Positions 1 through 9,075 of a DNA stretch of 39,308 bases are shown piece after piece. Made by a program: the position numbers and the translations under genes. Position 1 is the first letter of the stretch; each line of letters opens with the position of its first letter. The stretch comes from a virus. Lineage: Duplodnaviria; Heunggongvirae; Uroviricota; Caudoviricetes. The stretch is taken from IMG/VR virus record IMGVR_UViG_2703718775_000026; one strand, 5' to 3'. Below the pieces are notes generated by a model, which made no database searches, was not told the origin of the DNA, and saw nothing but the letters and a program-made list of their open reading frames with translations.

Positions 1-321
1 TCACACTTCCTCTATAAATTCAGGTTCAGTTTGCGGGTAGAAATAACGGTACTGATAATGAATCTGTGCACGGGCTTCTTCCGGGCTGTTGAATTCCCCT
101 ACGCCATACCAACCGAACAGCGCAGCTCCTGCGACGGTCGTTTCGGCATCGTCGAGAACTTTTACCGGAATATCAAGCATATTGGCTTTAATCTGATTCC
201 ACAATGTGTTGCGACTTCCTCCACCGACTAACAATAATTCAGAGGCCTTAAAGTGCCCGATTTTTTCCAGCATCTGTAGATTGCGCTGTAATTGCGCAGT
301 TAACCCTTCCAGCGCCGCGCG
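1..321 (-). pseudogene. fucK: 3' fragment of FGGY-family carbohydrate kinase gene (L-fuculokinase-like), 5' part separated by prophage insertion
   Basis: Minus-strand translation ends ...[55 protein letters not shown]...EFIEEV with stop at 1-3. The [10 protein letters not shown]...W.QI.A motif is the FGGY kinase C-terminal signature. 112 aa is far too short for a ~480 aa kinase, and the Met at 337-339 appears to be created by phage-end sequence. Confidence 0.6.
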
Positions 322-500
322 TGTAACCAGGTGAATCATTTGATACCAACGAGGGTTTTAGTGAAAGGAGGTGAAATCACCTGTAAGATACTGAAATAAA
401 ACAGGTGATGTCTGGATGAGCGCTTAAAGTCTATTTGATACCGATTGTGCAATAATTAATCGTTTATTCTAAAATCGGCAAAACTTTTGATACTGCGATC
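322..500 (+). repeat. Prophage left-end region (attL-like) with repeated TTTGATAC and TGAAA motifs, candidate transposase-binding sites
   Basis: TTTGATACC at about 339-347 and 434-442, TTTGATACT at about 486-494; GTGAATCA, GTGAAAGG, GTGAAATCAC and CTGAAATA between 331 and 400. Terminal TGTA resembles the Mu end TGTATTGATTCAC. Confidence 0.5.
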
Positions 501-571
501 TCAACTTTTTAAAGCGTTTAAAACTTCATTAAATCTATATGGCAACTAACATACGGGCCAGCCTCGCCAAA

Positions 572-1102
572 CTAACCCGCTTTAGATTCTACCGGATTTG
601 ATTGCCTACTTGTCTCGGTTTTTTCCAAAATCTCTCTGACGCAATCGTCTGGCATATCTACAATCATCAACGCAGCCAGGCGCTTCCTGCCTTCTAGTTG
701 TAATAAATCCTGGTTTTCTTTATCCAGCAGTGTCAGAACCGTCTCTACACCTTTGCGAGCAAGGAGATTGGTTAACTGTTCTCGTTCGTCTTTCGTAAGG
801 AATGAAAGCATCTGTGTAAGTTGATCTCCCTTATCACCAGAACAACCAAAATTACCACAAATACCAACATCGTTTGGTGATTCACCCTTGCCCTCTTTAA
901 GCCACTCAAGACTAACTCCTTCACTTTCAGAAATTCGTATAAGGATACTTTCTCTGGGGGCTGGTTGTGTTTGTCCTCCCTTGAAATAGCTGTTTAATGT
1001 GTTGATATTGATTCCCCACGCTCTGGCAGCTGCACTTCTTGAAGGGTAGCGCTTTGTAAGCATTCCAATACGTTCAATAATAGGTTCTTTTCCCTGCGAC
1101 AT
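572..1102 (-). CDS. c: Mu c-like lysogeny repressor
   Basis: Minus-strand ORF divergent from ner/A/B. HTH-like segment SRSAAARAWGININTLNSYFKGG and LLALM-type C-terminal region. Probable start is the Met of MSQGKEPIIERIG (cat at 1100-1102) with AAGAGG 8 nt upstream; the six-frame ORF extends to 1177. Confidence 0.7.
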   Translation of the reverse strand: MSQGKEPIIERIGMLTKRYPSRSAAARAWGININTLNSYFKGGQTQPAPRESILIRISESEGVSLEWLKEGKGESPNDVGICGNFGCSGDKGDQLTQMLSFLTKDEREQLTNLLARKGVETVLTLLDKENQDLLQLEGRKRLAALMIVDMPDDCVREILEKTETSRQSNPVESKAG

Positions 1103-1177
1103 AAAGATACCTCTTGGTGCTTTTCTAAGGAAAGGTTTCTTTCTATTTATCCAATTGAAAAATAAGGATAAAAGCAA

Positions 1178-1292
1178 AAATTAGCCAAAATACCAAAAAT
1201 ACCTTGATTTGGTATTTTTAGTGATGCATTATTTACCCGTGCAGATATCCGCACGAATATCCGCGCGGGTAACTTTTTAGAATAGAGGAAGT
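1178..1292. promoter_or_regulatory. Divergent c/early promoter-operator region
   Basis: Intergenic between divergent c and ner. Repeated CCAAAATACC / AAAATACC with inverted GGTATTTT, tandem ATATCCGC, and flanking inverted repeat TTACCCG...CGGGTAA. Confidence 0.5.
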
Positions 1293-1541
1293 ATGAGTAG
1301 AAGAGAAGTTTCAGATCACGATTGGCCGCCTGAAATCATCAAGGCGCGCTTACACATGGCTGGCTTATCACTGCGCTCTTTATCTTTAAAGGCTGGTTAC
1401 AGCAGGGATTCGCTGAAAAGCGTATTACGTACTCCTTGCCGACCGTATCAGCAAATAATTGCTGATGCTCTTGGGGTATCGCCTGAAGAAATCTGGCCCA
1501 GTAGATACCAGGTTAAGAGCTATATGAGAAAGGCGTCATGA
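1293..1541 (+). CDS. ner: Ner-like DNA-binding early regulator
   Basis: 82 aa, first gene of the rightward early operon; GAGGAAG RBS; ...QIIADALGVSPEEIWPSRYQ resembles Mu Ner (...QIIANALETKPEVIWPSRYQ). Confidence 0.8.
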   Translation: MSRREVSDHDWPPEIIKARLHMAGLSLRSLSLKAGYSRDSLKSVLRTPCRPYQQIIADALGVSPEEIWPSRYQVKSYMRKAS

Positions 1542-1542
1542 T

Positions 1543-3633
1543 ATGTATGTCATTGCAAAAGAACTGATTGGCGCGCCCGGAATGCCTGCTACAACAAAAG
1601 GTATTCGCCAGGCATTACAACGTTACGTACAAGGGAAAAGCTGTTGTTCCCGTCGTCGCTCAGGCTCTAAAGCAACTGAATACAGCATCGACTGTTTACC
1701 TGAAGTGACGCAGCAGGCATTACGTGAACGTTATGCCCTGCAACTGATGACGCAAAAAGCCGATGAATCACCGGCTCCGGTAGTGACAAAGGCCAGGCGC
1801 TCACCTGCCGTGGTTGATGCGGTGGAGGCATATCGCGGATCACCACAACTGATGGTCGAACGCCTTAATGCCCTGACTGAAAACCAGCGCCAGGTGGCTG
1901 ATGCACGAATCGCGATCGTCAGCGAAGTTCTGAAAGTCGCGCAACAACCTGGTTTCAGCTGTGCGAAGGCTATCCGGTTTATCGTTGACAACCTGGCACG
2001 TTCGCAGCTGGACGAGCGCATTGTGGCAATGGTTGAGACGGCGAACGCCAAAAAGGGAAACAGCCGCGCGTTAAGTGAAATCACGCTGAAACGCTGGATT
2101 GCGGCCTTTAACAAGGCGCAGAACGCCGCTGAACGCCTGCTTTTACTGGCACCGGGTAAGCGCCAGGAAATAAAAGCCGAAGATATTAACTGGCTGCCCG
2201 AATTTCTGGCGCAGTATCGCCAGTCAAACGGCCGACCAATGACCGAGGCTTACGAGGATTTTGTCGCTGAATGGCAGCACCGGCACGCTGATGAGCCTTA
2301 TATGCTCGATATCATGCCGTCTTATGACACCATTCGCCGCGCAATGAAGAAACTGCCGGAAGTGGTGAAACAAAAAGGCCGGGTGACCGGCAGTGAATAC
2401 CGCCAGCTTGAGGGATTCACGCGCCGCGACTGGTCAAAAATGCCGGTGAATTATGTCTGGATTGGTGACGGTCACGGCATGAAGCTGAAATGCGCACACC
2501 CGGTTCACGGTCGGCCATTTGCACCGGAAGTGACCTTTGTTATCGACGGTGGCACGCGCTTTGTGGTGGGCTGGAGCCTTGACCTGGCTGAAAATGTTTT
2601 CGCCGTAGCCGGTGCCATACAGCACGGCATTCGCCATCACGGCAAACCGTTTCTGTATTACTCGGATAACGGCTCCGGGGAAACCGCCGACATCCTGGAT
2701 AAGGAGGTTGTGGGGATACTGCCGCGACTGGGGATTAATCACCCGACCGGGATTGCCGGTAATCCGCAGGGACGAGGCATTATCGAACGGCTTAACCGCA
2801 CATTACCGATGCGCATAGCCCGTAAATACCGCACCTATTTCGGGAAAGGTGCAGATCGCGAGACGTTACGCAAAACCAACCGCGATTTACGCTCGGCATT
2901 TACTGCCCTGCAACAGGGCAAACGGCTGAACGCCCAGCAGCAGTCAGCGATGCGTGATTTACCGTCCTGGTCTGAACTGATTGATGCCATTCGTGATGGT
3001 GTTGAGTGGTACAACAACCGGCCGCACGATGAATTACCGGTGAAGCCGAACGGCAAGCATTACAGCCCGGCGGAGTTCAGAAAAAAACGCCTGGCGGAAG
3101 AGGACACGGAAATTGAATGGCTGTCCGATGTGGAATTGCGGGACATGTTCCGGCCGATGGTGGAACGCCCTGTAAGACGCTGTGAAATACGCTGGCTGAA
3201 TAATATTTACTACGCGCCCGAGCTGCGTGATGAGCATGGCCGCAAGGTGCTTATCAGCTATGACATTCATGATGCCGAACGAATTACCGTACGTCGCCTG
3301 GATGGCAGCGTGATTTGCGAGGCGGTATGGGACGGTAATAAACGCGAAGCCTTCCCGGTTAGCGCGGAATACTACAAACAGCAGCAACGCCTTAAAGGCA
3401 TGCGTAAACGCGCAGAGGAAAAAATCCGTGATGCCGAGGATGAGGTTGTCAACGTGCTGGAGCACAAGCCGCAGGAGCCCTGGCTGGAAAACATCTATCG
3501 CCCGGTAGGTAATACGGTGGCCGTTCAGCAACCTGCCGTTGATGATGAGCCTGATGAAGAATACGAGCGCAATTTCCAGCGGGGATTGCAGTTGCTCGAA
3601 GCGAAATTAAAAGAAAATGACCCGCTGGCCTGA
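1543..3633 (+). CDS. A: MuA-like DDE transposase
   Basis: 696 aa. DDE-type motifs VWIGDGHG, YYSDNGSGE and GIIERLNRT. Position after ner and before B. Confidence 0.85.
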   Translation: MYVIAKELIGAPGMPATTKGIRQALQRYVQGKSCCSRRRSGSKATEYSIDCLPEVTQQALRERYALQLMTQKADESPAPVVTKARRSPAVVDAVEAYRGSPQLMVERLNALTENQRQVADARIAIVSEVLKVAQQPGFSCAKAIRFIVDNLARSQLDERIVAMVETANAKKGNSRALSEITLKRWIAAFNKAQNAAERLLLLAPGKRQEIKAEDINWLPEFLAQYRQSNGRPMTEAYEDFVAEWQHRHADEPYMLDIMPSYDTIRRAMKKLPEVVKQKGRVTGSEYRQLEGFTRRDWSKMPVNYVWIGDGHGMKLKCAHPVHGRPFAPEVTFVIDGGTRFVVGWSLDLAENVFAVAGAIQHGIRHHGKPFLYYSDNGSGETADILDKEVVGILPRLGINHPTGIAGNPQGRGIIERLNRTLPMRIARKYRTYFGKGADRETLRKTNRDLRSAFTALQQGKRLNAQQQSAMRDLPSWSELIDAIRDGVEWYNNRPHDELPVKPNGKHYSPAEFRKKRLAEEDTEIEWLSDVELRDMFRPMVERPVRRCEIRWLNNIYYAPELRDEHGRKVLISYDIHDAERITVRRLDGSVICEAVWDGNKREAFPVSAEYYKQQQRLKGMRKRAEEKIRDAEDEVVNVLEHKPQEPWLENIYRPVGNTVAVQQPAVDDEPDEEYERNFQRGLQLLEAKLKENDPLA

Positions 3634-3640
3634 AATAAAA

Positions 3641-3670
3641 AAATAACCCGAGCGGCGACTCAGGTTATTT
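3641..3670 (+). other. Imperfect hairpin between A and B (possible attenuator or RNA processing element)
   Basis: AAATAACCCGAG / CTCAGGTTATTT inverted repeat with a 6-nt loop, flanked by A-rich and T-rich tracts. Confidence 0.3.
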
Positions 3671-3704
3671 GATTAAACAAGGTATCAAATGAGAGGTTAA
3701 TAAT

Positions 3705-4637
3705 ATGACTGATATTAACGATGTAATCAAGACCATTGATGAACTTATTGATGGCGGCGTACTGACGCAGTATGCCATCGCCAGAGAGGCGGGAATTTCC
3801 GACGGCACATTATCGGCTTTCCGTAAGGGAAAATATAAAGGCGATAACGCTGCTGTGGCTGCTTCCCTGCGTTCCTGGTATGAGAACTGGAATAAACAAA
3901 GCGCACTGCCGGAACCGCCGCAGTTTGTGGAAACGCAGACAGTCCAGGAGCTGCGCGCACTGTTTCAGGCGGTTCGTCTGATGGGCTGTATTAACGTTAT
4001 TGTGGGCGTACCGGGTGTGGGTAAAACGGCCACTGCCCGTAATTACTGCCAGGAGCAACCAAACACCTGGATGATCACCCTGTCACCCGCGCACTCCAGC
4101 GTCACGGAGTGTCTGCTGGAGCTGGCCGATGCGCTGGGGATTGATTACACCCGCGCGAACAAAGGGGCATTATCCCGCGCCATCCGCCGTCGCCTGATGG
4201 GAACGCGTGGACTGGTTATTGTGGATGAGGCGGATCATCTTGGTATTGACGGTCTGGAGCAACTCCGGGCAATTCAGGACGCCACGGGGATCGGGATGGT
4301 GCTTATTGGTAACCCGCGCGGATTGTTTAAAGGTGGACGCCGCACCTTTGATGATTTATCGCGCCTGTTCAGCCGTCTTGCCCGTACAAAACAACTTCGC
4401 AAGGCCAAAAAGGCGGATGTGCTGGCCATTGCCAGGGCGTGGGGGATCAGTGGTGAGGCCGAGCTGGCCGTCATGCAGGCTATCGCTGAAAAGCCGGGAG
4501 CGTTACGCGTTCTGACACATACGCTTAACCAGGCGTGGCTCACCGCCAGCGGTGAAGGCGCGGCGCTGACAGAAAAACATATTAATGCGGCCTTTAAAGA
4601 GGTTTATACCAACCCTGAATTACTCTCACAGGTGTGA
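3705..4637 (+). CDS. B: MuB-like ATP-dependent target DNA activator
   Basis: 310 aa (Mu B ~312 aa); Walker A GVPGVGKT; N-terminal HTH-like region; follows A. Confidence 0.85.
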   Translation: MTDINDVIKTIDELIDGGVLTQYAIAREAGISDGTLSAFRKGKYKGDNAAVAASLRSWYENWNKQSALPEPPQFVETQTVQELRALFQAVRLMGCINVIVGVPGVGKTATARNYCQEQPNTWMITLSPAHSSVTECLLELADALGIDYTRANKGALSRAIRRRLMGTRGLVIVDEADHLGIDGLEQLRAIQDATGIGMVLIGNPRGLFKGGRRTFDDLSRLFSRLARTKQLRKAKKADVLAIARAWGISGEAELAVMQAIAEKPGALRVLTHTLNQAWLTASGEGAALTEKHINAAFKEVYTNPELLSQV

Positions 4638-4861
4638 TTATGGCGGTATTTAATATTCCTGATATTTACGGACGCTTTTACCTGGTTAATTTCGATAACG
4701 TGAAGGTGATTTCACTGGCCGAAAATAAAGAATGTGGCGATTTACTTTTTGAATTTAATGACCGCACACGAATGGTGATATCTGCCGGACTTGATCGAGA
4801 AGGTGCGACAGACGTTTACAGCGGAATATGCCGTTCTGTTGGTGCGAAACAAGTCAGCTAA
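4634..4861 (+). CDS. Hypothetical early protein (kil-region position)
   Basis: 75-aa ORF whose start overlaps the B stop; same strand and operon. Confidence 0.45.
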   Translation: MIMAVFNIPDIYGRFYLVNFDNVKVISLAENKECGDLLFEFNDRTRMVISAGLDREGATDVYSGICRSVGAKQVS

Positions 4862-4873
4862 ATGAGGTGTTAT

Positions 4874-5128
4874 ATGAATATGCAATCCTGCGGTAACAAA
4901 ATGAATTTATTCGACTCCCTGAACAGCGCGCGCCGTCTGACCGAACTTGCCGGTGCGGTACTGGAACGCAGTAAGCGCTATCCGCAACGTTTTGCACTGA
5001 AAACCACGCCGCCGGTAGGCAACGTGCAGGGAACCGGTGAAATTGAAATCACCATACAGACCAACGGCCTGCGCCGCCGTGTGAAGGCCACCCGCATCAG
5101 CGGCTGCACGGTTTACTGGGAGGTGTGA
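4874..5128 (+). CDS. Hypothetical early protein
   Basis: ORF 4862-5128; the internal ATG at 4874 is preceded by GAGGTG. Confidence 0.4.
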   Translation: MNMQSCGNKMNLFDSLNSARRLTELAGAVLERSKRYPQRFALKTTPPVGNVQGTGEIEITIQTNGLRRRVKATRISGCTVYWEV

Positions 5129-5129
5129 G

Positions 5130-5411
5130 GTGAAAAAAAATCTCATTGCATGGGCGTGGTCGAGTGGTCTTATTGAGTTTGGTTACGTCCTGCCGGAAGG
5201 TGCATTGCCGATAGTTGCCGGAAAGCCTGCCACGGTACGGCATGTGATTGAGGTTATGGCGCGTCATGGACGTGATGAACAGGAGCAGTTACTGGTTCCG
5301 GGGATACCGGAAGCGGTGACGGAGGAAGAAGCCTTTAATGCCATGATTCGGTTCTGCCGTGAGGTCAGACGCCGGGTCAGTTATCCAAACAGAACGAGGA
5401 CCAGAGGATGA
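5130..5411 (+). CDS. Hypothetical early protein (GTG start)
   Basis: 93 aa; GTG start with GGGAGGTG upstream. Confidence 0.45.
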   Translation: MKKNLIAWAWSSGLIEFGYVLPEGALPIVAGKPATVRHVIEVMARHGRDEQEQLLVPGIPEAVTEEEAFNAMIRFCREVRRRVSYPNRTRTRG

Positions 5412-5680
5412 GTAAAGTCGTACGCATTATTTTCGAATACAAGGAGCACGTTATCCATAAAAACGCTGATGGAACAGTGCGCATGGGGGTAAGTCTGGAC
5501 ATACGTTCAACCGGGATAAAGCAGAAAGGTGATGGACCCGCCATGATTTTTGGGGTGGTTATGCTCGCGGAAAGCAGAGACTTTGCTGAACTTGTGGCAA
5601 TGAAAGCCAGTGCGCTCATGAAAGATATGAGCATGCGTTCCGGGGTTATTAAAGGTAATGAATTTAATCAGCAGGGGTAA
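5408..5680 (+). CDS. Hypothetical early protein, paralog A (MSKVVRIIFEYKEHV...)
   Basis: 90 aa; AGAGG RBS; the N-terminus is paralogous to the next ORF. Confidence 0.5.
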   Translation: MSKVVRIIFEYKEHVIHKNADGTVRMGVSLDIRSTGIKQKGDGPAMIFGVVMLAESRDFAELVAMKASALMKDMSMRSGVIKGNEFNQQG

Positions 5681-5684
5681 TTCC

Positions 5685-5978
5685 ATGAGCAAAGTACGCG
5701 TTATTTTTGAATTTAAGCATGTTTCGCATGACGAAAAACCGGCAGGCAATGACTGTGTTGAAGTGCATGAAAAGATTGGTGTGGATGTAAAAACAGAACG
5801 TGATACGAATAACAGGCCGACGTCACTCTGTGACGTTTATGCAAGTATTCTCCAGTATCACAGCCCTGAAATTATTCAGTTTCTCTCAGCGGAATTTCAG
5901 GCATCTGTACAGGCTTTTGGGGCGGATGCCATCATTAAACGCCACCGCGTGCATAAAGCATCAGGCACACTGCAATAA
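5685..5978 (+). CDS. Hypothetical early protein, paralog B (MSKVRVIFEFKHV...)
   Basis: ATG at 5685 inside ORF 5658-5978; N-terminal motif shared with 5408-5680. Confidence 0.5.
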   Translation: MSKVRVIFEFKHVSHDEKPAGNDCVEVHEKIGVDVKTERDTNNRPTSLCDVYASILQYHSPEIIQFLSAEFQASVQAFGADAIIKRHRVHKASGTLQ

Positions 5979-5989
5979 GGAAAAACAAA

Positions 5990-6520
5990 ATGGCAAAACG
6001 CGTTACAAAATTAAAGGCCGCAGCAGAGGCGGCACCGCAGACCCGTGAAGAGGTCAGCCGCGATATCCGCACCCTGGGCGATATTCAGCGAGAGGCGCTG
6101 CGCCTGGAAACAGCGATGAATGATGAAGTGGCAGAAATCACCGCCCGTTATACGCCGCAGATTGAAAACCTTAAAAAAGAAATCAAAGTGCTTTTTAAGG
6201 GGATTCAGGACTGGTGCAAAACCAACCGTGATGAGCTGACGAACGGCGGCAAAACCAAAACTGCCAATCTGACCACCGGAACGGTGTCATGGCGACTGGG
6301 GAATCCATCATGCAGCGTCAGTCGTGATGTGGAAGGTGTGATTGAAATGCTGCGCCGTATGGGCCTTGAGCGTTTTATCCGCACGAAAGAGGAAGTGAAC
6401 AAGGAAGCGGTCCTGGCGGAGCCGGATGCGGTGAAAGGGATTGCCGGTATTAAGGTGAATAAAGGCGCTGAAAGTTTTTATGTCGAGCCTTTTGAACAGG
6501 ACGCCGGACTGAATAAATAA
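5990..6520 (+). CDS. gam: Gam-like host-nuclease inhibitor (DNA end-binding protein)
   Basis: 176 aa (Mu Gam 174 aa). Close match to remembered Mu Gam: ...GDLQREA.RLET.MND..AEIT..., ...WC..NRDELTNGGK.KTANL.TG.VSWR..., ...RFIRTK.E.NKEA.L.EP.AV.G.AGI.V... Confidence 0.85.
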   Translation: MAKRVTKLKAAAEAAPQTREEVSRDIRTLGDIQREALRLETAMNDEVAEITARYTPQIENLKKEIKVLFKGIQDWCKTNRDELTNGGKTKTANLTTGTVSWRLGNPSCSVSRDVEGVIEMLRRMGLERFIRTKEEVNKEAVLAEPDAVKGIAGIKVNKGAESFYVEPFEQDAGLNK

Positions 6521-6617
6521 CACCGCATTAATCAATTAAATATCACTTCGTTTTAATTATGGCGCTCGCGTCAGGGGACTGCCTGCGCCTGTAAACTGAA
6601 AATAAGGAACAGGATAT

Positions 6618-7160
6618 ATGGCATATTTTTATTTCAAATTAGACCGTGTGCAGACAAATAAATATTTCACCAAATATCAACAGACTGTTTTACCGCTACG
6701 CAACAGTATTCTTCGGGCATTACTGAAAAATACAGGCGCTGCCGGATTGCGCTTAAAGCCGTTTGCCATGGACGTAATCAGTGAGTTTTATTTTTCTGGT
6801 GCTCTGCCTGCGGGCTGGCGTAAGCGCGATGATGCGGCTTTTATCGGGGACGGACCGTGCTTTATTGCCAGACCTGATGAGTCATGCCCTGAAGGACCGG
6901 CGATTGCCGCAATGATTGAAGCCGCTGAACGCGAGTTAAGAAAGCGTCCTGATTTCCTTGTCTGGCTCTGTGAAAAGCTGGGGGTAATGAGAATCCCCTC
7001 CATGTTTAACACGGACTCCTGGTGGACCCCGTCGCTCTCCCGTGATGCCCTGTGCGTGGTGTTTAAAGTAGGCGCTTATGGCAGGGAAATAAAAGGGTGT
7101 ATTCCTGAAGAATGCCAGGAAATTAAACATTCTGAATATGTGGCGCTGACGGAGGAATAA
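6618..7160 (+). CDS. Hypothetical early protein
   Basis: 180 aa; AAGGAACAGG RBS. Confidence 0.45.
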   Translation: MAYFYFKLDRVQTNKYFTKYQQTVLPLRNSILRALLKNTGAAGLRLKPFAMDVISEFYFSGALPAGWRKRDDAAFIGDGPCFIARPDESCPEGPAIAAMIEAAERELRKRPDFLVWLCEKLGVMRIPSMFNTDSWWTPSLSRDALCVVFKVGAYGREIKGCIPEECQEIKHSEYVALTEE

Positions 7161-7163
7161 TTC

Positions 7164-7697
7164 ATGATTGATGCAAAAGTGCTTGAAGGGGTTAAAAACT
7201 GGCTGAGTATTTACGGGCGTCTGACCTGCGGCATTCTGGCTGAAAAAATGAATATGCCGCCATCCTCGATGGTTTATTTTCTGCGTGATGCGGTCGATGC
7301 CGGGGTGCTGACGGAATGTAACGGTTTTTATGATATTCCGCGTCCCCGCCCGGTGCAGCCGGTTCGTCGCAAATGCAGCCAGGAAGGTGCGGCTGATGAT
7401 GTTCAGTGGTGCAGCTTCAGAAAGTCCCTGCCGTGGATTGAGGGGCATGATATTCCGTCGATGGCGTGGGAATTTGCTCAGGGCGTACTGACCTGCGAAA
7501 CCGTTTATGTGGTGGCTGAAGTTGATGAGCAGGCCATGAAAGAAGGCGTGCCCCAGTTTGTGATGGCGTATATCGACATTCGCCTGGGTGTCATTATCTG
7601 CGGTTTAAGCGGCTGGAATATCACCGAACATGTTCTGCGTTACCTGATTGTTGACCGGACGGCTGCGCCTGCCGGGATATCTGCGGAGGTGGCGTAA
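7164..7697 (+). CDS. Hypothetical early protein with winged-helix-like N-terminus
   Basis: 177 aa; GGAGGA RBS; N-terminal segment LTCGILAEKMNMPPSSMVYFLRDAVDAGVL looks wHTH-like. Confidence 0.45.
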   Translation: MIDAKVLEGVKNWLSIYGRLTCGILAEKMNMPPSSMVYFLRDAVDAGVLTECNGFYDIPRPRPVQPVRRKCSQEGAADDVQWCSFRKSLPWIEGHDIPSMAWEFAQGVLTCETVYVVAEVDEQAMKEGVPQFVMAYIDIRLGVIICGLSGWNITEHVLRYLIVDRTAAPAGISAEVA

Positions 7698-8212
7698 TGT
7701 TCTTTAAAACATCAAACCCTTCCGCGCTGGCTGCGTGGCAAAAATACCAGCAGGACTACAAGAAAGTTAAGGATGAGGCAAAACGTCTTGAGGCCGTGCT
7801 GAATGTTGATTGTCGGTCGGTATTTGTATCCGGTATCAATGGTTTTTATTTTAAAGGACTGCGTTTTACGGATAACAAATATCCTTTTCATCGCGACTTA
7901 TGGCGAAAACCGACTGCGTCGAATGGCTGGAGCTGCACGCCGCGCACATCGTGTATTCCCAAAGCCCTGTGCGCTGCCTCTGACGAACTTAACAGTCTGT
8001 GGCGTGAATATTCGCCCGTCACGTATGCCAGAACCGATGCCCTGTTGTTCTGGCTGGGTATTGATTTCTCGGCAATCCTGTTTGGCCCTGTGGAGTGGTT
8101 CTGCGTTGACGATGTGATTTACCTTCAGTGCGGCGTAAAACCCGCAAAACAGAAAATGACCGAAATTCTGTCTGATGAGTTTTATGCTGCTGAAAAGCGA
8201 GTCAGGGGGTGA
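7697..8212 (+). CDS. Hypothetical early protein
   Basis: 171 aa; TAATG stop/start overlap with the upstream gene. Confidence 0.45.
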   Translation: MFFKTSNPSALAAWQKYQQDYKKVKDEAKRLEAVLNVDCRSVFVSGINGFYFKGLRFTDNKYPFHRDLWRKPTASNGWSCTPRTSCIPKALCAASDELNSLWREYSPVTYARTDALLFWLGIDFSAILFGPVEWFCVDDVIYLQCGVKPAKQKMTEILSDEFYAAEKRVRG

Positions 8213-8215
8213 TGT

Positions 8216-8767
8216 ATGATGATTTTACAACCCATGGGGCGAAAAGGCCGTGCACCCGCTCATGTCCGTGCGTGGACACCTGAAGAAGATGCACTGCTGA
8301 TTGCGCTTTATCCATCCACCCCGGTTAAGGATATTGCTGTCAGGGTAAAAAGAAGTTTCTGGGGTGTACATAACCGGATTGTTTTATTACGCGGTACTTA
8401 CCCGGAGTTGCTCAAATGCAAACGTCCAAGATTTAAACATGATGAAGATAAATTTATCCGAAAAAATGCCAGAACGATGACCGGTAAGCAAATAGGAGAA
8501 TATCTGGGGCGAGACCGGGATTCTGTCCACAAACGGGCGCGATATATTGGCGTAAGCATGAAAAAATACGGAGAGTTGCTGCCCTTCACCCGTATACCTG
8601 ATGATGATGTTCATCTTATTCGTGAATTACGGGATGCTGAATCACCACGACGTCTTACCTTCCGGGAAATAGGCGAGAAATTTGAATTATCCGAGAGTAC
8701 GGTGAATTTTATTTATCACCATCGCCGGACTGCCGAAGATGTTGTATTACGGGAGTTAATGCCATGA
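8216..8767 (+). CDS. Hypothetical protein with three tandem HTH-like repeats
   Basis: 183 aa; three ~40-aa repeats (WTPEEDALLIALY...VHNRIVLL; HDEDKFIRKNARTMTGKQIGEYLGRDRDSVHKRARYIG; DDDVHLIRELRDAESPRRLTFREIGEKFELSESTVNFI). Confidence 0.5.
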   Translation: MMILQPMGRKGRAPAHVRAWTPEEDALLIALYPSTPVKDIAVRVKRSFWGVHNRIVLLRGTYPELLKCKRPRFKHDEDKFIRKNARTMTGKQIGEYLGRDRDSVHKRARYIGVSMKKYGELLPFTRIPDDDVHLIRELRDAESPRRLTFREIGEKFELSESTVNFIYHHRRTAEDVVLRELMP

Positions 8768-9075
8768 TAACGACATTATTTGTTGAATCAGACGAGCCTC
8801 TGGTATGTGCCGCCGGAATGTCGGTTTGTGGCGGAACGCTGACCGGTGTTTATTTCGGGGATTTGCGCGGTTATCCCTGGCATTCACTGGATGACGCATT
8901 TCCGCCTGATATGGAGGCTGTCGTGCTGATTGTTCAGTATGGTGACCAACAGGAACTGCGCATCGGCCATATGGGGTATGAAGGCTTTTTTATTGATGAA
9001 GAAACCGGAGCCTGCCTTGAAGATGAGGACGGACAGGTGACGCACTGGTGCCATATTTCAGCTTTACCGGAATGA
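8764..9075 (+). CDS. Hypothetical early protein
   Basis: 103 aa; ATGA start/stop overlap with the upstream gene. Confidence 0.45.
   Translation: MITTLFVESDEPLVCAAGMSVCGGTLTGVYFGDLRGYPWHSLDDAFPPDMEAVVLIVQYGDQQELRIGHMGYEGFFIDEETGACLEDEDGQVTHWCHISALPE

Noticed and set aside
1-339. Met at 337-339 as a genuine start of the kinase ORF
   Set aside because: FGGY kinases are about 480 aa. The Met codon lies in sequence that looks like the phage end (TGTAACCAGGTGAATCAT) and is created by the insertion, not a real start.
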